Positions 34,964 to 48,737 of a stretch of 64,000 nt of DNA are shown here, piece after piece. The notes beneath the pieces are model-generated. The model was not told where the DNA came from. It did no database searches and worked only from the letters and a program-made list of their open reading frames with translations. Positions within the stretch are counted from its first letter, which is position 1; each line of letters starts with the position of its first letter. The DNA is taken from NCBI GenBank assembly GCA_036172245.1, contig JAYWIR010000011.1, positions 1,488,001-1,552,000 on the forward strand. The letters run 5' to 3'. This stretch comes from Raillietiella orientalis (Eukaryota). The translations under genes were made by a program, and so were the position numbers.

Positions 34964-35072
34964 AGGCACAAGGCGAGGCACCTTTGCCGCGCGGGCGGAG
35001 TGGTGTGCCTCCGGTGTTCGGTGAAGGTGGTGTTGCTGGAGTGAACAGCTGACTTGATGCGGTCAGTGAGTC

Positions 35073-36506
35073 ATGAAAAATAAGAAAAAACAGAGATGCT
35101 GTAATGAAAAGCATAGGAAAGTTTCGTTTAAAATTTTGAATTCCTTTTTGTTGGTGAGGATGCTTTTTATATGATTGAAGTGCTCTATTGCGTTGTTCTT
35201 CGTTTTTAATGAAGCCGAATATTTGTTTATTTGTCTATTGCTATAATGTCATGTTTGGCTTGAATCTAAACTCGAAAATTGTGTTATGATTGGTATTCAA
35301 AGAACTCCTTTGTTTTAGATTATTGGATTTGGAGTTGTGAGTTTAGGCATTTGGACTCTAATTGAAAAACATAGCTATGTGAACCTTTTGGTGACCAGCA
35401 TATACGCAGCTTCGGTTTACATTCTTATTGCCTCTGGAATTTTTTTGATAACTATTTGCATACTAGGTTTTGTAGCTATACATAAAAACAAACAAGAATT
35501 GTTCCACTTGGTAAGTAATTGCTTCAATTTTTGCTTATTTATGCATGTCTGAGTGACGGCAAGATGAAGAATAACGTTGTTTGGTAAAATTGGTAAAAAC
35601 CTGTGTTCAGTAAAATTTTTCAACGTACATTTGCTAGATTTGTAGCGCCCACATCGTTTTATTGACATTAAAGATCTGCCTAAATTGTTTTGTCTTTAAA
35701 TTTTGAACCTTGAAATTTGTTGCGTCCATGTATTTTGCGAATTAATGCAATTTCGTAACTGGCATTTTCTTGTGTGTTTATTGTTTTTGTTTTCAATAAA
35801 GTTGATTTCATGAACATTTAACATGCGATAAGTCTTTTTTGTTACCTGCAACAACCAATTCAACCGGAATCAAAATCAACATTATTTATATTCTTAAGCA
35901 GTGGAATTTAAATTACAAACACTTCAGAGTTTTACAATTGTTCCTTTTTGCAGTATTTTTGGCTGTTGTTGAGCACCTTCTTGTTGGAAGCTGCAGTTTG
36001 CATCCTGGGTGTAATTTATCAGCATAGACTTCATGATGAACTGACAACTTCTCTCAACAGCACCTTTATGCAGAATTATGGCAAAGATGAGGAAAAAACT
36101 CGCAGCATTGATGATATGCAGCGATCATTTCACTGTTGTGGAGCAAACAGCTTTGAGGATTGGGGTCATAGTCTTTGGAAGATAGAAGGGAATTCAAGTA
36201 ATCTGGTACCTGAATCATGTTGTAAAACAGAGTCTCCTCTGTGTGCAATTCGAGATCATCCTAGCAACATATATTACACAGTGAGTGTTCTGTAGACCAC
36301 TACAAATTAAGAATGTTTTCATACTTTCTTTCTAGGGATGCGTTCATAGTTTTGAAGAATATTTGAAGAACCACTTATTTATTCTCAATCTGACTGCATT
36401 GATTATCTGTTTTGTACAGATATGTGCAGTTATTTGTTCTGGTCTTTTTTGCATGTGGCCTAAAAAACGCCAGTATTCACAAGTTCATGAAACAAATTTT
36501 AAATGA
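35073..36506 (+). CDS. Tetraspanin, CD151/TSPAN11-like; exons 35073-35153, 35319-35510, 35954-36280, 36336-36506
   Basis: Four hydrophobic segments, GIWTL, large extracellular loop with CCG, VPESCCKT and HPSNIYY-GC, and a C-terminal YSQV (YxxPhi) motif. All introns are phase 0 GT-AG; AATAAA at 36698. Confidence 0.92.
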
Positions 36507-39497
36507 AATATGAATCTGTATTTTCTAACTTACCCATTAATATTGCCTATAGCTGACTTTGGTGCACTGAGGGAATCCTGGTATCAGCAAATAGTTTGGA
36601 GTGATTCTCTTGATTGCACTGATACGAACATCCAGCACAGCATTGATAAAATGCTGTGACCCAGAACTAAATATTTCCAGTATTCAAACATCTTGGAAAT
36701 AAAAACTGTGATAAGCTTGGTTCAACATTTTTGTTGGCTTACAGGAGTCTGGATGTTAACATTGTGTGAAAAGTCTGAAAAACTTAGTATTCCCATTTGA
36801 TTAATAGCATAACTTTATGAATAAACCTGTAGACTGTTTCATTAAGTTTTTAAATCAATTCTATCATTATGTTCAAGGTCTCATATCAAATTAAGCTGGA
36901 AGCATAGAGGATGGGAATGAATGATTGAAAAATTAGCAAATGTAGCATCATTTGAAATTCAGACACATGAAATTGCTCACACTTTGCAATTGGTTCTCTT
37001 GCCAAATGTTGAAAGCATTTATTTGGTTTATCCAAAAAGCTACAAATCCACAGCACTCTTTAAAACAGTGCATTACATTTCTAGACCTAAGAATAAATCT
37101 GACCATGTAGGTAAGTGATGTGTTTGTGTTTGAAAACCTGAATGGAATTACCAGAAAATGAACTACAAAACTTCCTCGATGCAACTACTATTGTGTGATT
37201 ACTTCTGCCACTTTAAAAGTATCCACTTTTCATGTAGTTAGAAAATCATCTATCAAATAATTTTGGGAATTGAGTTGCCACATCATACTCCTAGAAATTA
37301 TGTACTCTTGCTCAAAATGAAACATATTAGTGAAAAAAAGTAATCATGTGCTTCTAGTGAATTCTAAAGACTAGTGCTTTAATAACAATTTCAACAGTGG
37401 ACAAGTGCATTGAACTTTCAAATGCACCCAGACCTTGATTCTTCAAATAAGTTGCATGATTCGACCTAGAAGATAGAATTTACCAAATAGTTAAAATATT
37501 GGATGGGAAATTAATCATAAATGAATAAGGAATTATCCCAGTTTGTTGTATTTGCGTTTAGTTGATGACTGCTTTGAAAAGGTGCACTTTAGCATCATTA
37601 TATTGACAGCTGCATGAATATATTTTTTAGTTCTCTCACTTTGTAGCAAAGAAAAGAACTGGCAAAACAGTAATGAGTTCTACCAAATGTTAACTTATCA
37701 GTAGTCAGATCCTCTATGCAAGCCATTCCTCATTAAAGCATTATTGCAGCTACCAAGGGCACAGGCTGTCCCAAATAATCAGAGAGTAATATTTACAAAT
37801 AACATTCTACATTACATGAAAAGAACCTCAATACATGCACAGATGGTATTTTTTACTGTACAAAATGAGCTCAATTACTTCCCATGGTTCAAATGCTGCT
37901 CTTCTCTACTGCTGTGCAACAGTACAATTTCATTGCCCAGAAAACTTAATTGAGCTTCTGTTTCAGCTAGTCATTCCTCATCTGGAAAGGCATCTTGATG
38001 TAGCGATTGTTTACTAATCCACAAGATTTTCTGCTGCGTGTTCTCACCTTCATTGCTATTTTCCTCTTATACAGTTCAATCAAACCATCCACTTCTAGAA
38101 TGTTACCCAAATGTATGATGTGGGATCATGTTCCCATGTTCTCTAGAACACTCCTTGAGCATTAGTGCTGTTATAATCCTTGAAAGTCTGTATATGAGTT
38201 GACAGATATCAATGTTGGCGATTAATGACTCCAAGAAGACGACGTTGGAATTTATGTTGCAGTGTTTAATTAATGTTCACTGTGATATGTCTTCTTTGCA
38301 AGTCAACAGCGTGAATCAGGAAACATGTGATACTGACCACACTTGAGTTTGAAAATAAAAGTAGTTCCAATGAAAGCAGCATTTCTCTCTTAATCCTATA
38401 CTACATGTGGTCTTTGAAACCGGGAGTCCATTCTTTCATTTTCATTGATTTTACATGCAAACACCTTCCAATTTAATAGTGTAACACTATGCTTGTTTCT
38501 GAATCATAACCATATAATAAACGACCCCCATAAACTTCGTTAACCCACGATGCTTCAACGCTAGATTATTATGAAATTGATTGTGGTATGTTAATAGCCC
38601 AACTGTATCATTAAGCATGATTTCAGGATATAAACTGATCAATGCGATCTAAACGTGACGTCATTACCACTGAAAACATTCGTGAGTGATATTGTGCTTT
38701 TTAAACGTAACGTGTCCCTTGCATGCACCTTTGGATTCTCCCGTTTCCTCATATTGCATTCACTTGTTATTGAAGCACAGGCTGGGCAGTCGATCCCATG
38801 TTCAAAAACACTGCTCGCAAACTGTTCTCAGATATGACCAAACAAACTGACACCATCTCCACGGAAAATTACGAGGATGCTTAATGACAACTTAAGCATA
38901 TTAAAGACATTCTGTTTCGGAATTTTGAGTTAAAATTACATGTTTATAAACCAAATGCCCAGACACGTCACTAGAAGAAATCATAAGTAATGCACTCTTT
39001 ATGAGTTTGGAATATAAGAGTAAGTATTTGTAAGATGCGAGGCAGCGAAAGTTATTCATGTACAATTCTGCTCAGACAAAGCACTTAGGTTTTTTTTCTT
39101 TTTACCACTATTCTAAATAAACTAGTGAACATGAAGAAACTCTTCCACCTTTCTGAAGCATAGGAACTGTTACTTTCAGTGCGTGAGAAAAACCGTTTGA
39201 AACTGGCGATCTGTTCTTCGAAACCATTACAAGCAAAATTATGATCTAAAAATGGGAACAGTTTCCAGAAAGGTTCTCAGTAATCAACGTGATTTCATAA
39301 TCACACTGCAACGATTTATAACGAAACGTTCGAGAAAGCTAGTGTCCACACTTATCTCTTTTAGTACATAAATACATTTCTCATCAAGAAACTTTATGAG
39401 TGAACATTACCAACTCGTTGATTGGAAAAAATTGCTCATAACTGAAACATCACAACCTCGAAATTCCAAACAATGATGGCCAGGTGAAGACGTGAGT

Positions 39498-40751
39498 TTA
39501 CACAGAGCTTAGGGAACCTTCACCAGCAAACAATACAGACCCTCTTTCCAGCTGACTGAAAGCCATTGGCAAGAGGAGAGTGACGTGGAGAAGCGTGTTT
39601 GCAGAGGGAGGACGCGCCAGGTCTTTTTGCAGATTTCTGTCCGGGAACAGAATAAAAAATGTGGTGCAAAAAAGGTCCCGACTGTCTCCGACATGGAAGA
39701 ACCCCATAACTGTCTGAGAGCAGGGCGGCTCATGCATAGTCAACGTCGTGCAACTCATACTGACGAATGAAATGAAAGAATCACCTGCGTTTCGGCTCCT
39801 TCTTGTTGGACGATGCTCTCGTAAATCACCTGGGAGACCAGGATCAATACGGTATTCAGAAAATAAAACAGGAAAACCAGAATTCGGCAGCATTCTGCGG
39901 ACAACATCGCCCTCCAGCTCAAGTGCAATACGTTCCTGAAAACGGGAGCTTTCAGTGTGGGGTTCCTTTCAGGGTGGGGTCCCATTGGCTTTGTCGCTGT
40001 GTGCGGACACTGTTGCCGGTGCCAATCCGACGCAAAGCTAGGAAAATTCGACCTTACCTCCTCCACGCCGGTATAGTGGCCATGCAGACGAGGAAGTACA
40101 GCGCCGAGTGCATGAATTTCGACTGCTCGACGTCCATTTTCGGGACAGCAGAGCCTGGGTTCCAGAACTGAGAGGAGATCCGGAAGCTCAGCCCCTGCTG
40201 GGTAGCGCCGTTTCTCACCAAGTAGAGTTCGAAGATGGCCATGCCCGCCAAGCAGCCTTGACAGAACAGCGCTGCTCTCTCAAACGCGTCGGTGTGGCCG
40301 GCGGCCGCGCTACTTGAACTCTCTGCGGCGGCGGTTCGCTCTCCCGTCGAAGAGGCTGCAGCGGCGCCATTCTTCTCCACGGTGAACTCGTCCAGGACTG
40401 CGAAACGATCCAGCTTTTCCAGGAAAATCTTGCCGGATGTCTTGCTGGGACACCGCGCGGCGGCGGCGGCGGCGGCGTCGCTCGACCAACTGATGGAAGC
40501 AGCGTTGGCCGTGTTGGAGACGTCCTCCTCATCCAGGTCTTCAAGAGCCAGCACGACGCTGCTCTTGGAAGCGCTTGTCTTCCTTTGCTTGGCTTTCGAG
40601 GGCACTGGAGATCTCTCGCCGGGGGAGCCCATCTGCAACGAAGGCTTCTTGATTGGTCCTCCCGGCCCCTCCCGACAGAATACAGGTTTGGAGACACCTC
40701 GGAGTCGAAATCCCGAAAACGAAGCATCTTCTCTTTCACCCCCTCATACAT
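39498..40751 (-). CDS. TMEM237: TMEM237-like ciliary transition-zone membrane protein; exons 40219-40632, 40058-40167, 39785-39935, 39498-39713; 5' end uncertain
   Basis: SGKIFLEKLDRF, ALFCQGCLAGMAIFELYL, HSALYFLVCMATIPAWRR and LVFLFYFLNTVLILVSQ resemble from memory the TMEM237 motifs GKVFVEK.RRF, LFSHGFLAGCAVW, QSLLYLLLALSTISAFDR and LASFLYFTALILSLSQ. Junctions are phase-consistent. Confidence 0.7.
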
Positions 40752-43700
40752 AAGACGCCTTTGCGCTAACAGAGTGCACCCAATAATTTCTGATTCAATC
40801 GTTCATAGCCGGTGGCGTCGCCGTAGAGTCGTGCAACGGCGTCCGGTGGCTGGACACGTGCTGGAGATTGCATGATCAGGGAAGCAGGGGTATCCCATGC
40901 AGTTCCGACCTCCTAATAAGAGCGAGAGGGGAGCAAGCTAAGGGAGCCGCGCAGGGTTGCAGGGTTCTCTCGCCCGCTTCCCGTCAGTGACGCTGTCAAA
41001 GCAGCAGAGGAGTCGCTCGCCTCGTGGACCACACCTTGGCTCCATAATCGCCCACGGGAGAACAGGGGAGTGCGTGAGCCGCCGAGGACAATCATCTGGA
41101 CGAGGCGATGCTGCCGTCGAAACAGCGCAGAGTCTCCAGCTGCAGGATGCAGCGCGGCTTGAGATCTTCCTCGCGAGCGAAGGGCGAGGGAGTTCGTATG
41201 GATAAGACCGCTGGACCAGATCTCCTACGGGGGAAGCGCCCCAGCTGCTTGACTCCAGAGTTGGGATGCACCTTTTTTCTAAGAACCCACCCCAACATTC
41301 CATCTCCACCCCAACGGATTGGTTCCAGAGCCTCCATGATGCAGGAATGGGATCTTCCGGCTACTCTTTGCAGTAGAACGTCTCCCTGCGCTGCTTCGTC
41401 TGTGCAGCTCCGTCTCGAGGGAGGGGAAGGGAAACTCGGGGCGCAGCTTGCCATGGAAACGAGCAGCTAGCGCTTGCGCCTGTGCGTTCGGAAAACAAGG
41501 GAACCGAGGTTCTCAGAGCCCCACGAGAGCGTGCTGCCTCCCTCCACCAGGACGCACCTTCAGGGATGTTCGGAAGAGCGTCGGGCCAATTGGGCAGTAG
41601 AACCGTGCGTTTTCCTTCCCCACCCCTCACCCCACCGGCAGGAGGGACGACAGAAAAGGGAGCTGGGGAGGAGAGGAATCGACGTGGTATAGGGAGATCG
41701 TAAAACGATGATCCGGGACGAACAGATAGGAAAGATTCACCCGCGTTCCTGGAGAGAGGCCCCTCCCTCGCCCCCACCCTCCGATGCGCTTTGCGAAGAA
41801 TCCTGCGGCCTCTCTGTTTCCAGGGGAGCAGAGGACTGGAGGCGGGTGCGCTCGTGGAAGTCGTCGTCGAGCAGCCAACGTTCCCTCCTCCCTCATGGGT
41901 GTCTGAGGCATTCTCCGTTCCCGATAGTTCATCTCGGAAGCGACGAGGACGTCGACATCCGGGACTCCCTCATCCCTCCTCGAGTGCAGGAAGGAGAAGG
42001 GCGCATCCCGCTTCGTCGGCAGTTGACCTAATGGGGCGGCGCGAGGGGGGCAATCATGGCCGCCGCAGCGCGCACGACTCTGGAGGTGTGGCCGAGGCCA
42101 CAGCGTACGCGGAAGAGCCGACCTACTCCCAGTGAGACTGAGGAGCGCAGATCCCGGGCTCCGGGAATCCTCCCGCTAGAAATTTCGGGAATTTGGGCAC
42201 GGTCCCTCTTTCTCCTCCGTGAAAGGAACAGGGAGGTCTCGGAGTCGACGGGTCGATGGGGCGGGGCGAATTCCCCTTCTGATGCTCCCGCTCTTCCCGT
42301 ATGCCCGTGGGCTGGATGACACGCCCGTCCACGAGCGAGCACTTTCATTCCCGTGCGAGGCGCCGCGACCTTCCCTGCGACCTGGAAACCTTCCGATGCG
42401 TTCCGCACCCACTGGCGGCGCCGACGTACAGAAGCGAAAGGCGTTCTCCGCCAGCGGGGGGATGACCCCCGCCAAGAAGCCGTGCGACCTGCGATGAGAA
42501 GGTCACACACACACACCCTCCGACTCCGTTCGTCTGCAGAGAGGCCCACCGTCAGAGAAAGGGAAACAAACGATGCGTTCCTGCAGTCATAGGAAAAGGT
42601 GCGCAACCGTCCCTTCGTCCAGGTGCAGCCTCCACTGAAGCTCTTCCGCCAGCAAACAGGATCACTGCTTGGAGAAGAGAGGGATGAGGAGGAATGGAAG
42701 AGATGGTCCCGGACCGTGATCTGGAGACGTTTCCGCGCGAGTGGAGGAAAATCCCCTAGCAACCGCGAGGCGACCAAGAAGCGAAGGAAGGAAGGCGACT
42801 TCTTCGAAGCAGTCATCCAGCTTCCATGCGGGAAACCTACACGGACGCCGGCCATGGTTTGAGGGGCCACGATAAGGACGGCGGCGGCGGCGGCGGCGGC
42901 GGAGGGCAGGGGGCAGTCCCGCCTCCCGAGTCCCCTCATGGCCCCCTTCTGGAGGGCGAGGGCTCGCGAGCCTCCTCCGCTGCACGTGGACAGCCCGCAC
43001 CGCGCGGTGCCGCGAGTTCTTCGAATTCCGCGGGAGGGAGGGGGAGAGTAGGACAAACTGGAGGAGGGCGACCGGGCCGCCCTTCTGCAGCTTGCCCTGC
43101 TCTCCAGCCGCTCATCCAACACGAACAGCAACGAACAGAGGGACGTGGAGACCAGGCGCTCTGGAAACGATTCCGGAAAGTTCCACTGACTCTGGAGCAG
43201 TCAGCTTCTCGTCGCCACGCGCCGGCGTTGGCGCCGCTTCCCTACTCCCAGCTCTTTGCGGTGGCGGAAAAGCGCCATCTGCTCATGTGGGCCCGCTTTC
43301 AACACCCACCTGCCTCTTTGCATCTAAGAAAATCAATCACCGAATTCGGAATTGCCATCAGGATTTCACGGAGCTCTCCAACGATTCCCCTCGTCACCTA
43401 AGCGTTCCTTCACCACCAACAGGAAACTTACTGAAAGTTCGGGTGCAGCGGATAAAATAGAGAGGATGCATCCAAATCATTTCGCAGGGCATCCGCCCGA
43501 AATGTCACACCGAAATTGTCATCGAGGCATGCACTGGGCATTCCCTGCAAGCGAACACTGAAGCTTCTGTGAATCCCTCGTTACTTTACGAACAGCTTTA
43601 CACAAGTATGCCCACCCCCGGATGCTACTACGGCTACCACCATTCCTCGAATCACTGCTACCCACCAGCGCCTGCATGCCAAGTTAAAATCCACTCACTC

Positions 43701-46328
43701 TGTGCTCATGCATGCTAGAAGCGCCAAAATATGTGCTCGAAAAAAACTTTATAGCTAACCATTTTTGTTTGTTTGTTTTTTTTCTTCTTCTTTTTTTTTG
43801 TGTGTGTGTGTGTATTTTCCTTCCTTCCAGTGGGGTTGCTAACCAGGCTCCCGCCGCCGCTCTTGCGTCTTGATGCACTGTCCAAACAGCAACTTCCAGC
43901 AGCGGCCAGGTGCCGCGGCAGAACTGTGACGATCGATAGCTATGCCTCGCTAACCCTTCCGTGCTACCTGCGAATTCGGAAGAAAACACGTACGTGTACA
44001 CAGGAACACCTTCCTATAATTCAACAGCAGCGTCCACCGAAAAGTGAGATCGAATGGGGCAGCTGACAGGAGAGCATCCTCTGCACTCGCATTTAGCTTT
44101 TGCCGCTCTGTGCGTGTTGCGGACAGCAGTGTTTGTGCATTGGAAATACGGCCTTTGTGTGCACAACGTTTCGATTTTGCAATGGCGCTTCCCTGCGGAC
44201 TGTTTGTTGCCGCAGAATTAAAACACGGAAGTGACGCTGGAAAGGAAATCACGCGTTTCATTTAATTAACCCATTTATTTCAAATAGAGGAGGTAAATAG
44301 GAAAGAGCTTTCGAAATTGAAGCCATCAATTCGTTACAGTTGCACGTTCGTCACAGTTGTGGATTCTGAGGAAAACGCCAGTGTGAATGCAAACCAAGTT
44401 TTCTTGACCATTCCCTTTTCTTTACTCGATTTCTGCACGATAAACTCTTTTTGATTCATTGTCAGCGGCACTGCCGAATGCAAAACTATGAAGAGCGCGG
44501 TAATACAATGTAATTTAATTCTCATGCAGTGCAGTCCTCGCGTCTCGAATCCATAAATCGCACAGAAAAAGAAAAAAAAAAAAAAACAGATAACCGAAAC
44601 TGTTCAGGACAGTGTAAAAAGCCGAAGTATTCCTGTGAAGCAGCACAGCTTTCTTCCCATTACTTTCCAGAGATATTTATAGATTTCTTCCTGAAGGAAA
44701 TCTTTCTAACCTTTCCATAGAGTTCTCAGTCGAACGCCTCCGTTTCTGCACGAGCATTGAAGTTTCCATGCAATAGGAATCGCAGTGTGAAGTCCAAGGC
44801 AATGTGAAGCACGGAACGAAACCAATAGCCGAGGAATGGATGAGTCTTGTCTGTTGAAGAGTACGTGGAGAGATGGGTTTGGCAATGATGAAAAACACAT
44901 CCGCTGAATTTAGATGATCGATTGCTGCAGGAAATAAGGAAGACATACCGAAACCAGTTTCAAAGTCATTGTCTTGAACATCATCAAGGTCACTAACGTC
45001 ATTTGTGCTGTTTGGCCGCACGACTTGGAACTTTCCAGGAGAATGGGAGTGAGCTTTCTTTGCTAATGGTATCAGTCAACAAGGAACTTCTCTATTTTCT
45101 TTAGGCATTCCGTTGCCTTCTTTTTTCATGTCGCAGCTATTATGCATTTCTGCTCGAATTTGTCAATCAGCAATTCCCCACCGTCCGGGGAGTACGGCAG
45201 TTTTACCCGGCATCTATCGAGATTCAAAGGGAGTAAGTAGAAGAGGAAATGCAGTATCACGTTTCCTTGGTAATTGTCGCATCAGGTACGGTTCTGTTCT
45301 GCTTCTTTTTTTCTTTCCCCCCCCAACCGACTCCCATTCTCCACTGAAGTAGCACTGAGTTCGAAAAAATGATCGTATGCTTATGTCTGTCAATGCAGAT
45401 GGAAAGCACCAAAGAGGGTTTTCAACCAGCACCTCGCTATAAGCTACGATAGTGCTCTTGCACAAAGCACACCAAGAAGAACAGCACAATGCTTTCGTTC
45501 GACTGAGTGGACCCATCCAGTTTCACAAGAAATCACAAGAAATTCCCGTTCCCTATATCCTAAAAGTTTATTCACATTGTCTCAGTTTGAAAAACTTTAG
45601 AAATGTAGGTTTCGTCCTTAGAAGTTTGTGGTGCGATCGCGGTTTGAGCTTATCATCATCAATGTCGTGCTGTCGACGCTCGTGTTCCTTCCGGCCAGCA
45701 TCGAAGTGTTATTTACGTGTTTGTTTGTTTTTCTAATATGCCATCCTTCTTAACTTTAGGGCCTTGTCTTTCCTGTTTTGTTTTTCAAGAGTTCATGCGT
45801 TTCCTCTCATGACGATCAGGTAATTTGTGCACAAGCATAAAACTTTCGAATACAGTATGCAATGAGTAACAAGATTGGCTGATCATGCTTAGAGCAAGAA
45901 TAAATGAATAATTGATGTGCTTCAGTTTTACTCGATTTTTCAGTGAATTGCAACGTACGGAAATTCATGTCTATTCTTTTGTGCTCTGCTGGAGAACCTG
46001 AACCTTTATTGCCAATAATGCTATACTATTGATTTCACATAATGAAGTGTTAGAAAGTTCATCAGCTTTACGTAGGTTTACAATCCATTGAATGAAACGT
46101 AATACACCTTAATAGGAACACTATAAAAACACTGTATGTGTTATGCTGCTGTCGCATCAAAAAGATAAGTGATCATAATTACTGTATCCTATCTAAACAG
46201 CAAGGGTGTTGACAGCACATATTAACACGGTTTGTGTCTGTGCATTGTGTTTGTCACTCCATAAGGATGTAGTCAGTCTAGGTAATCCCCCTGTGCATCG
46301 GTAATTCCGAGTCAGTGTGTTATCCGTG

Positions 46329-47344
<1,016 letters not shown>

Positions 47345-47422
47345 TAAATCAATATGGTAACAGCAAGATGATACCAAACTCACCTCAAAGTAATAATAAA
47401 ACAATTATCACAGTTTATATGC

Positions 47423-48737
47423 TTAGATGTGTAGCTGCTGTAACAACTGATCTAGTGCATGTCTAGCTCCATTCTTGGGGAAGTGATGCAAGTATGCTCT
47501 GGCACAATCTACTTGTTGCTGGCAATAGGATCGGGTCAGTGATACAGCAGGTCCACGTACTATACATTGACGGAGCTGCCTCCCGTTAGCTGTGCACAAC
47601 TATTCCCAAGTGCCAGGTTACCTGATTATAGTCATGATTGGCACTGGAAATAGCTTGCAGCAAACTAGCATCCTGATTGAGGGCAAATGCAACAGGAGCT
47701 GAGGTGAGGCAGAAAGGGGCATCCTTGCATGGTGGTTCTACTAATTGTTTCAAGTCCTGGTGCACCTGCCATGCAATTCCAATGTGGCTGCCCATTTCAT
47801 GACCAGCACTTAGTGCAGGTTCTTGATGACCAGCTAACAAGAGAGCTGCTTCAAAAGCAAAACCCAACAAACTGCCAAAAGCCAATTTGTATCGTTTCAG
47901 CCAATTTTGTAAATGGAGAATCCCAACCAGTGGTCCACCTCCAACAAACTCGGATATTGTGAAATCAGCTATTCCTCTGCTAATTAATTGCACAACCTAA
48001 GTGCATAATGTTAATCTGGACACTCATAACTGAGTACTACCTGACAGTTGTTAAGGGATGCTAGTATGGCACATGCTTTTGCCAGCAAAAGGTCTCCACC
48101 AAGGACAGCAAGTTTGTTTCCATATTCTAAATCATCCCCAAGTCTATTTGCTGTAGTATTTAAGACTCCCATGTGGAAAATCAGTGAAATGTGAATTAAT
48201 TCTGTTGCTTCAGCCACAATTTTCTGACTGGGGGAAAGTTCCAAACACTTATCACTCATGGTTCTTCATACCCTAAATATGCTTTACTTGAAGCTGATGA
48301 TGCTGCATGCAAGCAACAACCAGCTATCTTTGAAAGGAGCAACACAAAAAGGCCACGACTTTGTAATCCTTCATCATCATATTGCAGTTCCCTTCAAGAC
48401 AAATATGAAAAAATCAGTTTAAAAAGATGAGGGATGCTCACCTAATTATCTCTAGAAGAGGATGCTTGCTTCCTACTAACTTTTGAAAATGCATATTTAG
48501 TTCTACCATTTCATCATTTAGAAGGCACTGCAGACGTGAATGCAGATCAGGATTTCCAACTGCTTTCTCTGCATCGGACACAACCTGCCCCCAGTCCAAC
48601 TTTTCCACTGTACATTGGGATGTTTGGCTTTTTTGTAAGGCACTGTTAAAAAACCTCTTTACATGTGGACGGTTATATGTGTATTTTTTTCTGCACTGAA
48701 TAAAAATTCCTCTGAATTTAGAAAATGCATTTATCAT
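47423..48737 (-). CDS. PDSS2: Decaprenyl-diphosphate synthase subunit 2 (non-catalytic); exons 48442-48737, 48272-48391, 48041-48227, 47622-47996, 47423-47575
   Basis: Basic mitochondrial-presequence-like N-terminus, WGQVVSDAEKAVG, KLVGSKHPLL, LQSRGLFVLLLSK, QKIVAEATELIH, GNKLAVLGGDLLLAKAC, GSHIGIAWQ, FCLTSAPV. It lacks DDxxD motifs, as expected for subunit 2. Confidence 0.93.

Noticed and set aside
44677..45350. Possible upstream exons of the TMEM237-like gene (acidic DDVQDNDFE stretch)
   Set aside because: I could not build a phase-consistent splice path or recognise homology.
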